Of a stretch of DNA of 64,000 bases, positions 39,945 through 53,306 are shown piece by piece. This DNA comes from Paraspadella gotoi (lineage: Eukaryota; Animalia; Chaetognatha). The notes under the pieces were generated by a model that made no database searches, was not told the origin of the DNA, and saw only the letters and a program-made list of their open reading frames with translations. The position numbers and the translations under genes are program-made. The stretch's first letter is position 1. Each line of letters begins with the position of its first letter. The stretch spans positions 8,790,692 to 8,854,691 of the forward strand of contig CM119271.1 in NCBI GenBank assembly GCA_051294375.1, read 5' to 3'.

Positions 39945-42900
39945 CTGCTCTCTCTCCTCTCTCTCATCTCTCTCTGCTTCTCTCTCTCTCTCTCCTTCTC
40001 TCTCTTCGCGTATCAAACCCGAAAAACAAAACCTCTCCGTCTCGACATTAATGGGACGATTTTAAAAAGGTTAGAACAAACTTTTTTTTTTTTCGCCCCA
40101 CTCGGCCCGTCGCGTTAAAACCGGCCAATCGGAAGCGAGTCCGCCCATTGCTCGGCCAATCCGAGAGCTAGAATTGAGCGACCGACTCGGTGACCCGCGG
40201 GATAGCGCCGAATGGTAGCCCGATGTTGAAGACCTCAATATCTGCCAGCGAGTCGGAAGAATAATTGGGCTTTAATAGCGAAAAGAGAAACCGTCGACCA
40301 CCTTTGAAACGAAAATCCATTTCTCTCTCTCTCTCTCTCCTCTCTCCTCTCCTCTCTGCTCTCTCTTCTCTCTACTCTCTCTCTCTCTCTCTCTTCTCTT
40401 CTCACACACACACCGGGAGGGGATCGAGGGGAGGGAAAAACTGTAGGTGGCTTCGAAATGGGAAACTGGTAAATACTTTTTTTTTATTTTGGGCTTCAGA
40501 TGGTAACGAGCAAAGTATATCGAAGACATGTTACAGATGGGCTCGTTTAAAGGGGTAATTACAGATTGGGAAAAGGGGTCCTATGGTTTAAAAATAGAGG
40601 AAATCTCACGTGGTGAATGAGTGTGACTTTCGCAGACGATAAAGTTGGTATAAACCGACAAAAACATTGAGAAAATAGATGATGAATGTGTTAGGTAGAA
40701 TTCAAGTAGTATTATAAAGTTCACATAGAATTTTTTATAATTTTTTTTGTTAAATAGTCACGTTCCATTCCTCATTTACAAACGGGACAAATCACTAAAA
40801 TATCAAAAATCCGTATTAATTATCGTTATCATTCATTATTGTATACAATATCACTTAAATTCATTTTCCATTAGCCTCGAGCGAGGAGATTGTACACATG
40901 GAAGACTCGAGAATGAAATTTCCAAGCGTCTTTCGTTGAAACTCGATCCTAAATGTCCGAATCTGTCGACGACGAATAGTAAAGGCGTTTTGAAAGAGGC
41001 TCCGCTCCTTTGACACTTAACAGCCTCTTGGGCTTTGAAGACGATATCCTTCAAAAGATTTTTCAGTCATCTTCGCCGCTCCAGATTTGCGGGTTGCAGC
41101 TTGTTGGGCGTTTGATTTTAGTTTAATTATTAACTCGATAGTTTAATATTTTTTGATTTTTTGTACACGTGCAAAATGCTGATGTTTCTATGTTTAATGA
41201 AAATTATTGTTTTGAGGAAAACGCTGGTCGAAGAAAAAGCTTTTTGTGCGATGTGCGGGTTGTCAGGGAAACGATCTCGAGTTTGAGAAGAAACGGCCTT
41301 CGGTTTAAAAAATGACAACTTGACTCTTAAAGTAATATTTGTCACCACAAAGACTTTTTTTTTATTCATACCTAAAAAAATTGTCGTGAATACTTAAAAG
41401 ATAAATTTGAGAAATACTAACAAAGTTTTTAATTGTAGACGACCCAAAACAATGCTATGTCTTTTTTGTTTTGTTTTTTGACAAAAAAAAAGCCTCCGAA
41501 CAAAACTTTCTGCGTTTGTCAAAATATGAATGAAAAAAATGAAAAGTCAACATTTGTCAAAAAAAAATAGAAAAATAAAAAACGAGGGAGAAAAATTGTT
41601 GACGACGAAGAAAATAAATCAGGAATTTTTGTCGCCAACGCCGCCCGGTCGTGTCGCTTTAATTGCCTGGCCCTTTTGTTTTTAGCTGGAGGTCTCATTC
41701 TTTTTTGTTAATTTTTTTTTNNNNNNNNNNNNNNNNNNNNNNNNNAGAGAGAGATAAAGTAAAGAAAAAACGAAAGATAAATGAGACAGAAGATAGAGAG
41801 GGAGCCCTCGCTTAAAAAAAAAAAAAAAACGGGCCGCGGATGGTAATAATGCAACGACGATAACATGTAAAAAGGAAATTTAGTTCTGGGTTTTTTTCTT
41901 CCGAATTTAATGACCAAACTCTTCGCCATCAAGTCATTCGTCTGACGCAGCTGTCGGCGAAGACGTGACGCCTGCCGAATTCTCCGAAAAAAAAAAAAAC
42001 ACATCGAAATTGGTCCCGATGACTGGGCTGTCGTTGTTGTTTGTTAAGTTCGCCGATTGTCTCGTATTGTCTGCACCAAGAGCGAATACCAGTTCAACTT
42101 ACCTCTGAAAAAAGTTGTTTCTTTACAGCTGCCACACCCAAACCACGAACCAGACCTGTCCTGCACCCACGCGAAGAGAAACTTTTTCGTTGTCAGATCA
42201 GTCGTCGTCGTCGCGTCGTCGTCGTCCCCTCTGTCGTAATATTTTAAAGGTGGAGAAAAAAACGGATAACCAAAAGCCGTAATAAAGTTTGAATACAAAA
42301 AAAGATTTCGTTTTTGAGAAGAAGATTTGTGTTCGTCATGCTTTTCCTTTTTTTTTTTTCCGACGTGAAGGGCGTGGACCAGGAGTGACGCGTTCGGAGG
42401 ATTCGTCCGATTAGCCGAGGTGATATTGAGTTATTTTTCGTGAGTGGAAAAACCTCGTGAAAGTCCTGACTCTGTGAAGTCTTTCTTTTTGTGTGACTTT
42501 TGAGGGGTAGGTCGTAATTGTGAGGTGTTAAGATACTTAATATGGCGAGTAGAAGTGATAAGCTTTTCTTCTAGATTTTTTTTTTTTCTTATTTTTCCTC
42601 AAATAAAAGATAACTGACTTAACTGTCAGAATAGATAAAATGATAGATTTAAAGAACGCTGGTAATTTTTACCCTCAGCACACGAGTCTACCCAAATGAA
42701 ATAACTATAATTTTAGAATATTAACTTGTCAAAGTCAGTTTGTAAAACGAGCCTAACTCAATGATTATCTTCTCTCTCTCTCTCTCTCTCTCTTCTCTCT
42801 GCTCTCTCCTCTCTCTCTCTCTCTCATCTCTCTCTGCTTCTGCCTCTCTCTCTACTCTGGCGACTTTCTGCAAGAGCTTTTTTCCGTTCCTTTTCCGTAA

Positions 42901-43384
42901 TCAAAATATTAATGATATTCGAATCAGGAAACAAAATCGCTTTGGCGTCGAAAACAAAAATGTGTCGCTCACTCGAGAAAAAATGGACGAATGTCATTTT
43001 CGGGTCTCCTCACTTCTTGTTTACACAAAAGACATCTCTTTCTCTCCTCTCTCTCTCTCACTCTCTCTCTCTCTTCTCTCTGCTCTCTTCTCTCTCTCTT
43101 CTCTCTCTTCTCCTCTCTCTCTCTCTTTTCCCTTAAAACAAAAGGGAAAGGAGACAAAGGATTTATTTTTCACGGTCGAAAAAATTGAAAAAAAAAATAT
43201 ATGAAAACGAAGAAACGCGCGCAAATAAAACAAACAATAAAAAAAAAAACAAAAAAAAACTTTTTTTCGACGCCAAAGATTTTGTTTCCTGATTCGATAT
43301 CATTAATATTTTGATTACGGAAGAACGGAAAAAGCTCTTGAGAAAGTGCCAGAGGAGACCCCCGGATTGTTCAAATTAAAAGTC

Positions 43385-43417
<33 letters not shown>

Positions 43418-43429
43418 CTGCTCTCTCTC

Positions 43430-43468
<39 letters not shown>

Positions 43469-43812
43469 CTCTCTCTTCTCCCGTAATCAAACCCCGAAAA
43501 ACAAAACCTCTCCGTCTCGCAACATTAATGGCGACGATTTAAAAAACGGTTTAGAAAAAACTTTTTTTTTTTCGCCCCACTCGGCTACCGTCGCTGTAAA
43601 ACCGCGCCAATCGGAAGCGATCCCGCCATTGCTCGGCCAATCCGAGAGCTAGAATGAGCGATCCGCACTCGGTGACCGCGCGGATAGCGCCGAATGTAGC
43701 CCGATGGTTTGAAGACCTCATAATCTGCCAAGGAGTTCGAAAATTGTGGGCTTTAATAGGCGAAGATTAAGAGAAACCGTCGCCACCTTATAACCGAAAA
43801 ATCTCTCTCTCG

Positions 43813-43843
<31 letters not shown>

Positions 43844-45762
43844 CTCCTCTCTCTCTCTCTCTCTCTCTCTTCTCTGCTCTCACACACACACCGGGAGGGA
43901 TCGAGGAGAGGGAAAAAACTGGTAGGTGGCTTCCCGAGGAAATTGGGGGGAAACTGGTAAATACTTTTTTTTTTTATTTTGCTGGCTTTCAGATTGGTTA
44001 AACGAGCAAAGTATATCAAAGAAAGAACAGTTACAGATGGGCTCGCTTTTAAAGGTGGTAATTACGGATTGGGAAAAGGCGTTCCTTATGGTTTAAAAAT
44101 AGAGGAAATCTCACGTGAGTGAAAAGAGTGGTGACTTTCGCAGACGATAAACTTGGTATAAACGACAAAAACATTGAGAAAATAGATGATGAATGTGTTT
44201 AGGTAGAATATCAAGAGTATTTATAAAGTTCGACATTAGAATTTTTTATAATTTTTTTGATTAAATGAGTCACGTTCCATTCCCTTCATTTACAACGGAC
44301 AAATCACTAAAATTAGTCAAAAAATCCGATATTAATTATCGTTATCATTCATTAATTGTATACAATACACTTAAATTCATTTTCCATTGAGCCTCGAGCG
44401 AGGAGCATTGTACACATGAAGACTCGAGAATGAAATTTCCAAGCGTTTGCGTTTGTTGAAACTCGATCCTAAATGTCCGAATCTGTCGACGACGACATTA
44501 GTAAAGGCGTTTTGAAAGGAGGCTCCGCTTCCTTTGACACTAACAGCCTCTTGGGCTTTGGGGGAAGACGAGATAAATCCTTTCAAAAGATTTTTCAGTC
44601 ATCTTCGCCGCTCCAGATTTGGGGTTGCATCTTGTTGGGCGTTTGATTTAGTTTAATTTATTTAACTCGATAGTTTAATATTTTTTGATTTTTTGTACCA
44701 CCGTGCAAATAATGCTGATTTTCTATGTGTTTAATGAAAATTATTTGTTTTGACGCGAAAACGTCTGGTCAGAAAGAAAAAGCGTTTTTGTTTGCGATGT
44801 GCGGGTTTGTCAGTGGAAAACGATTTCGGAGTTTGAGAAAAAACGGCCTTCGGTTTAAAAAAAATGGTACAAACTTGACTCTTAAAGTACAATTTGTCAC
44901 ACAAAGAATTTTTTTTTATTTCATACCTAAAAAAATTTGTCGGTGAATAACTTAAAAGAAAATTTGAGAGCAATACTAACAAGTTTTTAATTGTAGACGA
45001 CCCAAAACAATTGCTATGTTTCTGTTTTTTTTTTACAAAAAAAAGAAGCCCTCCGAAACAAAAACTTTTCTGCGTTTTGTCAAAATATGCAATTGAAAAA
45101 AAATTGAAAAAGTCAACATTTGTCAAAAAAAAATAGAAAAATAAAAAACGAGGCGGAGAAAAATTGTTGACGACGAAGAAAATAAATCAGGAATTTTTGT
45201 CATCCCAACGCCGCCCGGCTCGTGTCGCTTTAAGTTTGTCCTGGCCCTTTTGTTTTTAGCTGGAGGTCTCATTCTCTTTTTTGTTAATTTTTTTTTGTTT
45301 TTTCTTTTTTATTGTTTTGTTTATTTCGCGCGTTCTCTCGTTTCATATATTTTTTTTTTCATTTTTTTGACCGTGAAAAATAAATCCTTTGTCCCTTTCC
45401 CTTTTGTTTTAAGGAAAGAGCAGAAGAGAGGAGAGAGAGAGAAGAGAGAGAGGAGAGAGAGAGAGAGAGACGAGAGAGAGAGGAGAGAGAGAGAGGAGAG
45501 AAAGAGATGTCTTTTGTTGTAAACAAGGAAGTTGAGGAGACCCGAAAATGACATTCGTCCATTTTTTCTCGAGTGAGCGACACATTTTTGTTTTCCGACG
45601 CCAAAGATTTTGTTTTCCTGCATTCGAATATCATTAATAATTTTGATTACGGAAAGAACGGAAAAAAGCCTCTTGCAGAAAAGTCGGGCCAGATAGAAGA
45701 GAGAGCAGAGAGGCAGAGGACGGATGATGAGAGAGAANNNNNNNNNNNNNNNNNNNNNNNNN

Positions 45763-45798
<36 letters not shown>

Positions 45799-46740
45799 TA
45801 ATCATTGAGTAGGCTCGTTTTACAAACTGACTTGACAAGTTAATATTTCTAAATATAGTATTTCATTTGGTAGACTCGTGGCGAGGGTAAAAATACCAGC
45901 TTCTTAAATTAAGACTTAATCAATTTATCTATCTGACAGTTAAGTCAGTTATTTTTATTTGAGAAAAAAGAAAAAAGAAAAAATCTAGAAAAGCTTATCA
46001 CTTCTACTCGCATGATTAAAGATATCTAATCACCTCACAATACACCTACCCCTCAAAAGTCACACAAAAAGAAAGACTTCACAGTCAGACTTCACAGTTT
46101 TTACTCACGAAAATAACTCAAATCACCGTCGCTAATCGACGAATCTCCGACGCGTCACTCCGTCACGCCCTCACGTCGGAAAAAAAAAGAAAAGCAGACG
46201 AACCACAAATCTTCTTCTCAAAAACGAAATCTTTTTTTTTTCAAACTTTATTACGTCTTTTGTTTATCCGTTTTTTCTCACCTTTAAAATTTACGACAGA
46301 GGGCGACGACGACGATGACAACGAAAAAGTTTCTCTTCGCGTGGGTGAGACAGTCTGGTTCGTGGTTTGGGTGTGGCAGCGAAAGAAACAACTTTTTTCA
46401 GAGGGTAAGTTTGAACTTATTCCGCTCTTGGTGAGACGAAACGAGACAATCGGCGAGACAACAACAACAACGACAGCCAGTCATCGGACCAATTTCGATG
46501 TTCTTTTTTTTTTTCTTCGAGAATTCGAGGGTCACGGTCTTCGCGACAGCTGCGCAGACGAATGACTGATGGCGAAGAGTTTGGTCATAAATCGTGAAGA
46601 GAAAAACCAGAACTAAATTTCCTTTTAATGGTTATCGTCGTTGGCATTATTACATCCGCGGCCCGCTTTTTTTTTTTTTTAAGCGAGGGCTCCCTCTCTA
46701 TCTCTGTCTCATTTATTTTTTCTGTTTTTCTTTCTTTCCT
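39880..46740. repeat. Direct duplication 39880-41720 / 43353-45295 plus inverted duplication 41746-43260 / 45290-46740
   Basis: AATTAAAAGTCACCGGTCTC occurs near 39900 and 43374; 45290-46740 is the reverse complement of 41746-43260; 25-N gaps lie at 41721 and 45738. Confidence 0.9.
40095..40210 (+). promoter_or_regulatory. Candidate promoter/enhancer: two GGCCAATC boxes 31 bp apart with a CCGCCC box between them
   Basis: CCAAT at 40125 and 40156 and CCGCCC at 40141, in a CpG-rich island; both CCAAT boxes recur in the second copy at ~43605-43642. Confidence 0.4.
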
Positions 46741-47030
46741 TCGTTCCTTGACTATTTATTTTTCTCTCTCTTTTACTTTCTCATTTTCTCAATTTGGGTG
46801 TTGCCTTTTCTCTACATGTATCTATCAATCTGAATAAATTTTTATCTATCTATCTTTCTATCTATTTTATCTTTATCTATCTCTCTCTATCCTTCATCTA
46901 ATTCCTCTTCTCTTCTCTCAATCCAAGCAGTTCCTCTCTCTCTCTCTCTCTCTCGCGTAAAAACAGTTTTGGCAATAAATACTTTCTTGTTTCCCATTTT
47001 TTTGTTTTAAATACTTGTTTCTCGCCTAAA

Positions 47031-47066
<36 letters not shown>

Positions 47067-48419
47067 NNNNNNNNNNNNNNNNNNNNNNNNNNNNNNNNNN
47101 NNNNNNNNNNNNNNNNNNNNNNNNNNNNNNNNNNNNNNNNNNNNNNNNNNNNNNNNNNNNNNNNNNNNNNNNNNNNNNNNNNNNNNNNNNNNNNNNNNNN
47201 NNNNNNNNNNNNNNNNNNNNNNNNNNNNNNNNNNNNNNNNNNNNNNNNNNNNNNNNNNNNNNNNNNNNNNNNNNNNNNNNNNNNNNNNNNNNNNNNNNNN
47301 NNNNNNNNNNNNNNNNNNNNNNNNNNNNNNNNNNNNNNNNNNNNNNNNNNNNNNNNNNNNNNNNNNNNNNNNNNNNNNNNNNNNNNNNNNNNNNNNNNNN
47401 NNNNNNNNNNNNNNNNNNNNNNNNNNNNNNNNNNNNNNNNNNNNNNNNNNNNNNNNNNNNNNNNNNNNNNNNNNNNNNNNNNNNAGAGAGAGAGAGAGAG
47501 AGAGAGAGAGACACTTTTGCCATCCCTTCTTCAGTTGGATTCTTTCTTCAACCAACTTCACCAATCTTTATTAGCTTCATGAACCTCATTCATTAATCTT
47601 CGATTAACCTTCTTCTTTCTCCTCCTTCATTTATCTTATTCCATCAAATCTTTTTACCAATTTTCCCATTAACCTCTCAATTTTTTTTTCTTCCAAAGCT
47701 TCAATAGATCCTCTCTCCATCCCATTTAGTTAATTCTTTTTCTTTCAATCTTTCGTGAATCTTTAATTCTTTATTCTTGAGCTTTAATCACACCATTTCC
47801 CTAATCACCTTTATACGTCATTCGCTTTTTTAAAGTTAAACTTTCGAAAAGTCAAACTAATTCGTAAATAGATTTCTTTACTCCGCCTGCATCTCTTTCG
47901 TTGGCTCGGTAAATCTTCCAACAATTTATCAACAGTTTTCTCAGTCAAATTTTCTGTCATATCATCAATTTTATCATTGATTACCCACCAATTCTTTCAA
48001 CTCCTCAGCCCTTGACAACAATAAAATCTCATCGCACCACTATCCCTTCTTACCAAACTCCTCCACCAGCCCCTCGACCACCTCATCCAGTCCGACCACC
48101 CCCTTAGGGGGTCTCGAAACACAACCCTCCATCCAGACCCCTAATTCTCCCGCCCTCCAATCCACACACACACCCCAAGCTTCAATCAAACCCAGGACGC
48201 GTGAAAACGCGAAATCGACAGAACCATTTTTCGAGTCTCCCCTCGATTTTTCTCCGCTAAACCGATTTTCTTCGACAGTTTCGTCTCCCTCTCTGTCTCT
48301 CCGTCTCTCTCTCTCTCTCTCCACGTCTCTCTGTAACATCATTAATCTCTGGCCTGCCTTCCCTCCGCACTTTTCTTTCTTTCATTTTTCTTNNNNNNNN
48401 NNNNNNNNNNNNNNNNNCA

Positions 48420-50167
48420 AAGAGAGAGATAATATCGTCAATCGTCATCATCAATCCGTCAATCATCCACATCTCGCTTTTCCAGCGCATACCATTTTCC
48501 AGATCGCGAAGTGACCGGAGAATGTTCAGAGAACAGCCGGTTTAGAGAAGACTCTCGCATCAATCAGGTGGGAGAGACGGGCCAACTCCAGTATCAAAAA
48601 TCATCCCATCGCGCAATGAGCAACACAGAGCTGATCCTCTGTCTCTCTCACTTCTTCTCCTCTCTCAGCCATCTCATCTCTCTGCTGAACATCTTCATCT
48701 TGTCTTCATCTCATCGCTCTCATCCAAATCTCTTTCGCTCTCCTCCATCCTCGGCACTCTTGAGACGTGTGCGTCAGAAGACGCTCTCGTCATTACTCCA
48801 AGGCTCTGTCCGATGAAAGACCACGACGACGAACGACGCAGAGACAGAAATACTCAAAAATTACCGGATTATCCGCTTATGTGATCAGCGAATCCTCACT
48901 CAAAAGATGCAACAGATCTTTCAAAAAGTTCAACAAAACTTTTGTGTCAAAAGGACGCGCTAGATTCATAAAACTGATAATATAGTATAGAGATGTCACA
49001 TATGAGATCAGATTTTAACATATATTTTAAAAAATATAAAAAAGCTTAAACACATCCAAGTTACCGACACTCTGCAATTCCTAGATTATGTTTCAACTAT
49101 ACTGAGAATTGAATGGTCATTTAAAAAGAGAAATCACAAATATATACAAACGATTAATTATTCATTTCAATATTCTACCTATTCACAGAATGCTCTATGT
49201 ATAACACGGTCCATTATTAGTCTGAACGCGAGAAATCTCATTATCGACGAGTTGTCAGTCTGAAACTCGATTAAATTCAACCTGGATTATTAATCAGGCT
49301 ATCCCTTGCCCCTAGACTTTGTAGACCAGGCTCCTGACAGACTCTCGGAACCAGGCTCTCGGTCGGTAATAGGACTACCATGCAACTACCACTACACAAG
49401 AAAATGACATATAAAACGCTCCACTGCAAAGCTTTTCAATCAAAGAACTCTCATTGCAGTCTCGTTTATTACTCCCAGATTCACACAGGCTTCCCATGAT
49501 GGTATAGATCGGGTATAAATTATCTCAAAGAATGTTTCAACTTGGAATATGAACAATACCAGTCACTATACCTATATACCTGTAATTGTAACTCATAAAA
49601 TTAGTCTTGATTGAAAGCATTTCAGGGACACTGCCTATGTCATTAATCTCTGTAAAGCTGCATGCAGGCCTTCAAACCAACCAAGCCTGTCCACCAAGTC
49701 ACGGGCAAGAATAGCTTGTTCTATTTAACATAGAAAGGATAATCTTTCTTATATTAGGTTGTACCAATTTAAACATAAACTTAACCAATACTTAAAAGGT
49801 TGTACGAATAGCTTGAAATCAAAGCGTAGTGAAATCAAAAACAATACCACACACTCGCCCACTCTCTAACCAAACCCCAAATCCGAAGAGTTAAAAGAAA
49901 CAAATATTAAAGGTCCAGAAATAGGGGGAGAGTGCGCCGGGGTGGGGGGGGGGGAGGCATAAAGCTCTTTGGGCGTAGGCCGAGGATTTTCAGAACGAGG
50001 CTGAAATCTGGTCATACGATTGAATACTCCGAAAATCAGGGTCTTAGAGATTAAAAGACAGAAATCTGAGGAGAATCTGGAGACAGGAAACGATCGAATC
50101 AGTTCGATAATCCGAATCAGTCGACAGTTGAGAGAGAGAGAGAGACGAGAGAGGACGAGAGAGAGAC

Positions 50168-50199
<32 letters not shown>

Positions 50200-50327
50200 A
50201 AGAGAGAGAGAGAAGGAGGCCCTTTCTCTCGCCATAAAGGCCTGGCCCATTTCAAATCGCGCTTAATCGTTGTCCGAAATCGGGGGTTCGCACGCGGGGT
50301 GCGCGAGGTAGAGACGAGAGAGAGAGA

Positions 50328-50367
<40 letters not shown>

Positions 50368-50584
50368 AGAGAGAAAAGAGAGAGAGGAAGAGAGAGAGAC
50401 GAGACGAGAGGAGTTACAAGAAGCGCCGTGACGGCTGAAACAGAGAGCAGAGACAGGCGGTCTCGTCATCCGTCCGTAATCAATGCCGTACGTCAATCGT
50501 ATGGGCGACCGAAAACCAGCTCAGGATTCAACCAACAACATGCCACCGCGAAACATGACAAAAATGATAGCATATTTATGAATC

Positions 50585-50620
<36 letters not shown>

Positions 50621-51290
50621 AGAGAAGAAGCAGAGAGAAGCAGAGAACCAGAGACGATAGAGACAGCAGAGATGAGAGCATACTCTCTGACGTCGCAGAG
50701 ATGAAACTCGTCGATAAAATTTCTCGCGTTCAGACTAAATGACCGTGTATAGAGCATTCTTGGAAAGTTAAATATTGAAAATGAAAATTTAATTTCGTTT
50801 GTAAATTTGATTTTTCGTTAAAACCATTCAATTCTCAGTATAGTTGAAAATCAGGAATTCAATTGTCGGTAACTTGGAGTTAAGCTTTTTAATTTTTATA
50901 ATAATGTAAAACTGACTCATATGACCACTCACTATATACATTTATGAACTAGCCTTTTGACACAAAAGTTTTGTTGCAACTTGAAAACGTGCACTTTTGA
51001 AGATTCCATATCCATAACGATAACCTAATTGATATTCGTCTCCGTCGTCGTCTTCATCGGACAGACCTTGGATTAATGACGAAGCGTCTCACGCACACGT
51101 CAGAGAGCGAGAGAGAGAGAGAGAGAGAGAGACAGAGACAGTCGTGTATGCGCGAATGATTGAACGAGTTGGCCCGTCTCTCCCCCGATGATCGAGAGTC
51201 TTCTAAACCGGCGTCCTCGAACATTCTCCGTCACTCGCGACTGAAAAATGATGCGCGGAAAAGGAATGGATGATGACGATGATGATGACG
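48420..51290. repeat. Inverted noisy duplication 48420-49260 / 50695-51290
   Basis: For example GGAGAGACGGGCCAACTC (48571) pairs with GAGTTGGCCCGTCTCTCC (51166), and AGTCTGAACGCGAGAAAT with ATTTCTCGCGTTCAGACT. Confidence 0.85.
49290..49770. repeat. Family A repeat: head-to-head pair (minus copy ~49290-49540, truncated plus copy ~49600-49770), noisy sequence
   Basis: AAAGCTTTTCAATCAAAG..CAGTCTCGTTTATT is followed by GTCTTGATTGAAAGC..CCAAGCCTGTCC..GGTTGTACCAATTT. Confidence 0.7.
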
Positions 51291-52829
51291 ATGACGATAT
51301 CACAATACAATGTCGCTGTAAAGCCGTTTGCCCAACATTTTGTGACTTTTTTTTTTCCCCCTTCATCTGCCTCTCTTAAAACCCTGTCTTTCTTCGTATA
51401 ACTAACTCCTTTTTCAATCTCTAAAAAAGTGTGCCCACTTTGGCCCCATGTTCGCTATCAAAATGAAAAAAAATAACCATTTTTATAAATAGAATTCATT
51501 TAGATTTCGGCATAAAAAAGGGAAACGAATAACAATGGCAGAAAACAGAAAATGCAAATGGTGTGAGAACGCTACGGGAAATCCGGGCGATGTTTTTTCG
51601 TATTGGGGGAGAAAAATTTATTTTCGTCAATCATAAATATATTTATATATATTAAGCTAACTAACAAATCGAGCGCTTGACAAATTTNNNNNNNNNNNNN
51701 NNNNNNNNNNNNNNNNNNNNNNNNNNNNNNNNNNNNNNNNNNNNNNNNNNNNNNNNNNNNNNNNNNNNNNNNNNNNNNNNNNNNNNNNNNNNNNNNNNNN
51801 NNNNNNNNNNNNNNNNNNNNNNNNNNNNNNNNNNNNNNNNNNNNNNNNNNNNNNNNNNNNNNNNNNNNNNNNNNNNNNNNNNNNNNNNNNNNNNNNNNNN
51901 NNNNNNNNNNNNNNNNNNNNNNNNNNNNNNNNNNNNNNNNNNNNNNNNNNNNNNNNNNNNNNNNNNNNNNNNNNNNNNNNNNNNNNNNNNNNNNNNNNNN
52001 NNNNNNNNNNNNNNNNNNNNNNNNNNNNNNNNNNNNNNNNNNNNNNNNNNNNNNNNNNNNNNNNNNNNNNNNNNNNNNNNNNNNNNNNNNNNNNNNNNNN
52101 NNNNNNNNNNNNNNTTTTTTTTTTTGACTGAGTCGGGCATTTAAATTGTTTCAATTCGTCTTTTGTTTTTCCCCAAACAAATTTCATTCATTATTCGTCG
52201 TCGTCGTCTTCTTCGCTTTCCGGAAGGCCTCGTCGTCACCTTCGTCGACGGCGCGGTTGGAGGAAGACCTCCAAAGCTCCCAACGATCCCAGCTCAACTT
52301 TCCCGCCGACTCGAAGGCCGAAAGAGGCCGTCGGAAGCGAGAGAGGAGAGAGAGAGACGACAGATCGATCCTTCAAAAGATCCCCCGACGAAGCGAAGCG
52401 GATCGTCGACAAGATCGCCCTGCCAACGCCTTCGAGGAGATCGAAGAATCGACGACGAAATTGTATCACGCAATCGATCGAGAAAGTTTATTTTTGTTTT
52501 TGTTTTTTTTGTTTTTTGTTTTTTGTTTATGTTTTATTTTTTGTTGTCGAATTTAGTTTTGGTGGCGAAAAGAAGATNNNNNNNNNNNNNNNNNNNNNNN
52601 NNNNNNNNNNNNNNNNNNNNNNNNNNNNNNNNNNNNNNNNNNNNNNNNNNNNNNNNNNNNNNNNNNNNNNNNNNNNNNNNNNNNNNNNNNNNNNNNNNNN
52701 NNNNNNNNNNNNNNNNNNNNNNNNNNNNNNNNNNNNNNNNNNNNNNNNNNNNNNNNNNNNNNNNNNNNNNNNNNNNNNNNNNNNNNNNNNNNNNNNNNNN
52801 NNNNNNNNNNNNNNNNNNNNNNNNGGAAA

Positions 52830-53306
52830 TCAAGGCGGCGCCACCGGCGCCCCCAATCTCGGCCCGTAGAGATTGGCGTAGGGCGAGTAGTAGGGCCCGA
52901 GCCCGGGGAAGTGGGGCAGCCCGGCGAAGGGCGGCGGTGCGGCGGGTGGTGCCCCTGGCGGTACGGAAGACCCGGACGGTTTGTACGGGTGATATCTGGA
53001 GACCGGACTGAGCGATGTCGGGTAGGTGCGCCGGAGCGGAGAATTGGGACTAGAGAGCGCCGAGGAAGATAGAGCAGCGGCGGCCGCGGCTGCCGCGGCG
53101 GCGCCGTGAGCGGAAAGTCCGCCGGGCAGACCCGCGGCGGCCAGCGCCGCTGCCGACGGGAATCCCGGGTACGGAGAGTTTAATAGCGAGGAGGAACCGG
53201 CGGCGGCGGCCGCCGCGGCCGCGGCCTCGGATGCGGCGGCGTTTGCGGCGCTGGTGTGCGTCCGCAGATGCTGCAGCAGCTCTTCCGAAGTGGCGAATCG
53301 TTTGCC
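52830..53306 (-). CDS. noc: NET zinc finger terminal coding segment (C2H2 finger end, RYHPY, Tyr-rich C-terminus, stop)
   Basis: 159 codons reading GKRFATSEELLQHLRTHTSAANAAAS...PLRRTYPTSLSPVSRYHPYKP...GLGPYYSPYANLYGPRLGAPVAPP*. This frame is absent from the ORF track. Confidence 0.95.
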   Translation of the reverse strand, partial: GKRFATSEELLQHLRTHTSAANAAASEAAAAAAAAAGSSSLLNSPYPGFPSAAALAAAGLPGGLSAHGAAAAAAAAAALSSSALSSPNSPLRRTYPTSLSPVSRYHPYKPSGSSVPPGAPPAAPPPFAGLPHFPGLGPYYSPYANLYGPRLGAPVAPP

